Positions 63,701-64,000 of a stretch of DNA of 64,000 bases are shown one piece after another; position 1 is the stretch's first letter, and each line of letters opens with the position of its first letter. The notes beneath the pieces are model-generated. The model searched no databases and was not told the DNA's origin. It saw only the letters and a program-made list of their open reading frames with translations. A program made the translations under genes and the position numbers. This DNA comes from Gekko japonicus (lineage: Eukaryota). The DNA lies in the NCBI RefSeq assembly GCF_001447785.1, contig NW_015172686.1:4041-68040 (forward strand), given 5' to 3'.

Positions 63701-64000
63701 TAAAAGAGGCAAGACTGTGAAGGAATAAACCAGATAAATCTAAGCATATCCCGCACAGCTAGTACATAGAGTCAAGGTTCCAAGTTACCTGACGTTGGTT
63801 CATCTCAGGCAATAAGCTCCAAGATACCCAAGGGCATAGCCCTTCCGAGCAAGTACTCGAGATAGATGCCAATAGCAGAAGTGGAGCCATGTAACCACTG
63901 ATATGCTTCCGTACAAAGAGGTTACAAAGTCAGCCATATAGCAAAGGCTAACTAGATTTATGGGTCTCTGATTGACCTCAGGCCTGTTAGGCCAATAAGA

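Noticed and set aside
63708-63725. agactgtgaagga shared with 5552-5564 near the L1 boundaries
   Set aside because: Only ~13 bp with no extension; cannot be a TSD for two separate insertions

Overview
Vertebrate genomic DNA, very probably a squamate and most likely a gecko (Sauria SINEs, a Squam3-like SINE, 5S-derived SINEs, reptile-type CR1/L1/Penelope). The window is part of a head-to-tail tandem array of vomeronasal type-2 receptor (V2R, class C GPCR) genes, all on the minus strand with a repeat unit of about 16-20 kb. Three genes are complete and look intact (here A 3670-20015, B 25888-37042, C 44753-52774). Each has six exons with canonical GT-AG sites, identical exon 2-6 sizes (292/861/228/127/902 bp) and a product of about 873-874 aa. 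Exon 1 of a further paralog sits at the left edge and the 7TM exon of another (D) at the right. Introns and spacers hold nested mobile elements: two near-full-length decayed L1s, CR1, Penelope, Gypsy/LTR remnants, solo LTRs, SINEs, hAT and PIF/Harbinger-like MITEs, a U6 retrocopy and a 122-bp minisatellite. There are three assembly gaps. I found no clearly new biological system. The best leads are an olfactory-receptor-like promoter module shared by the paralogs, a perfect-hairpin MITE right behind a V2R stop codon, Penelope-type hammerhead ribozyme motifs, an unidentified L1-mobilised retrocopy, and an unexplained ~1 kb block repeated 3' of every V2R gene.
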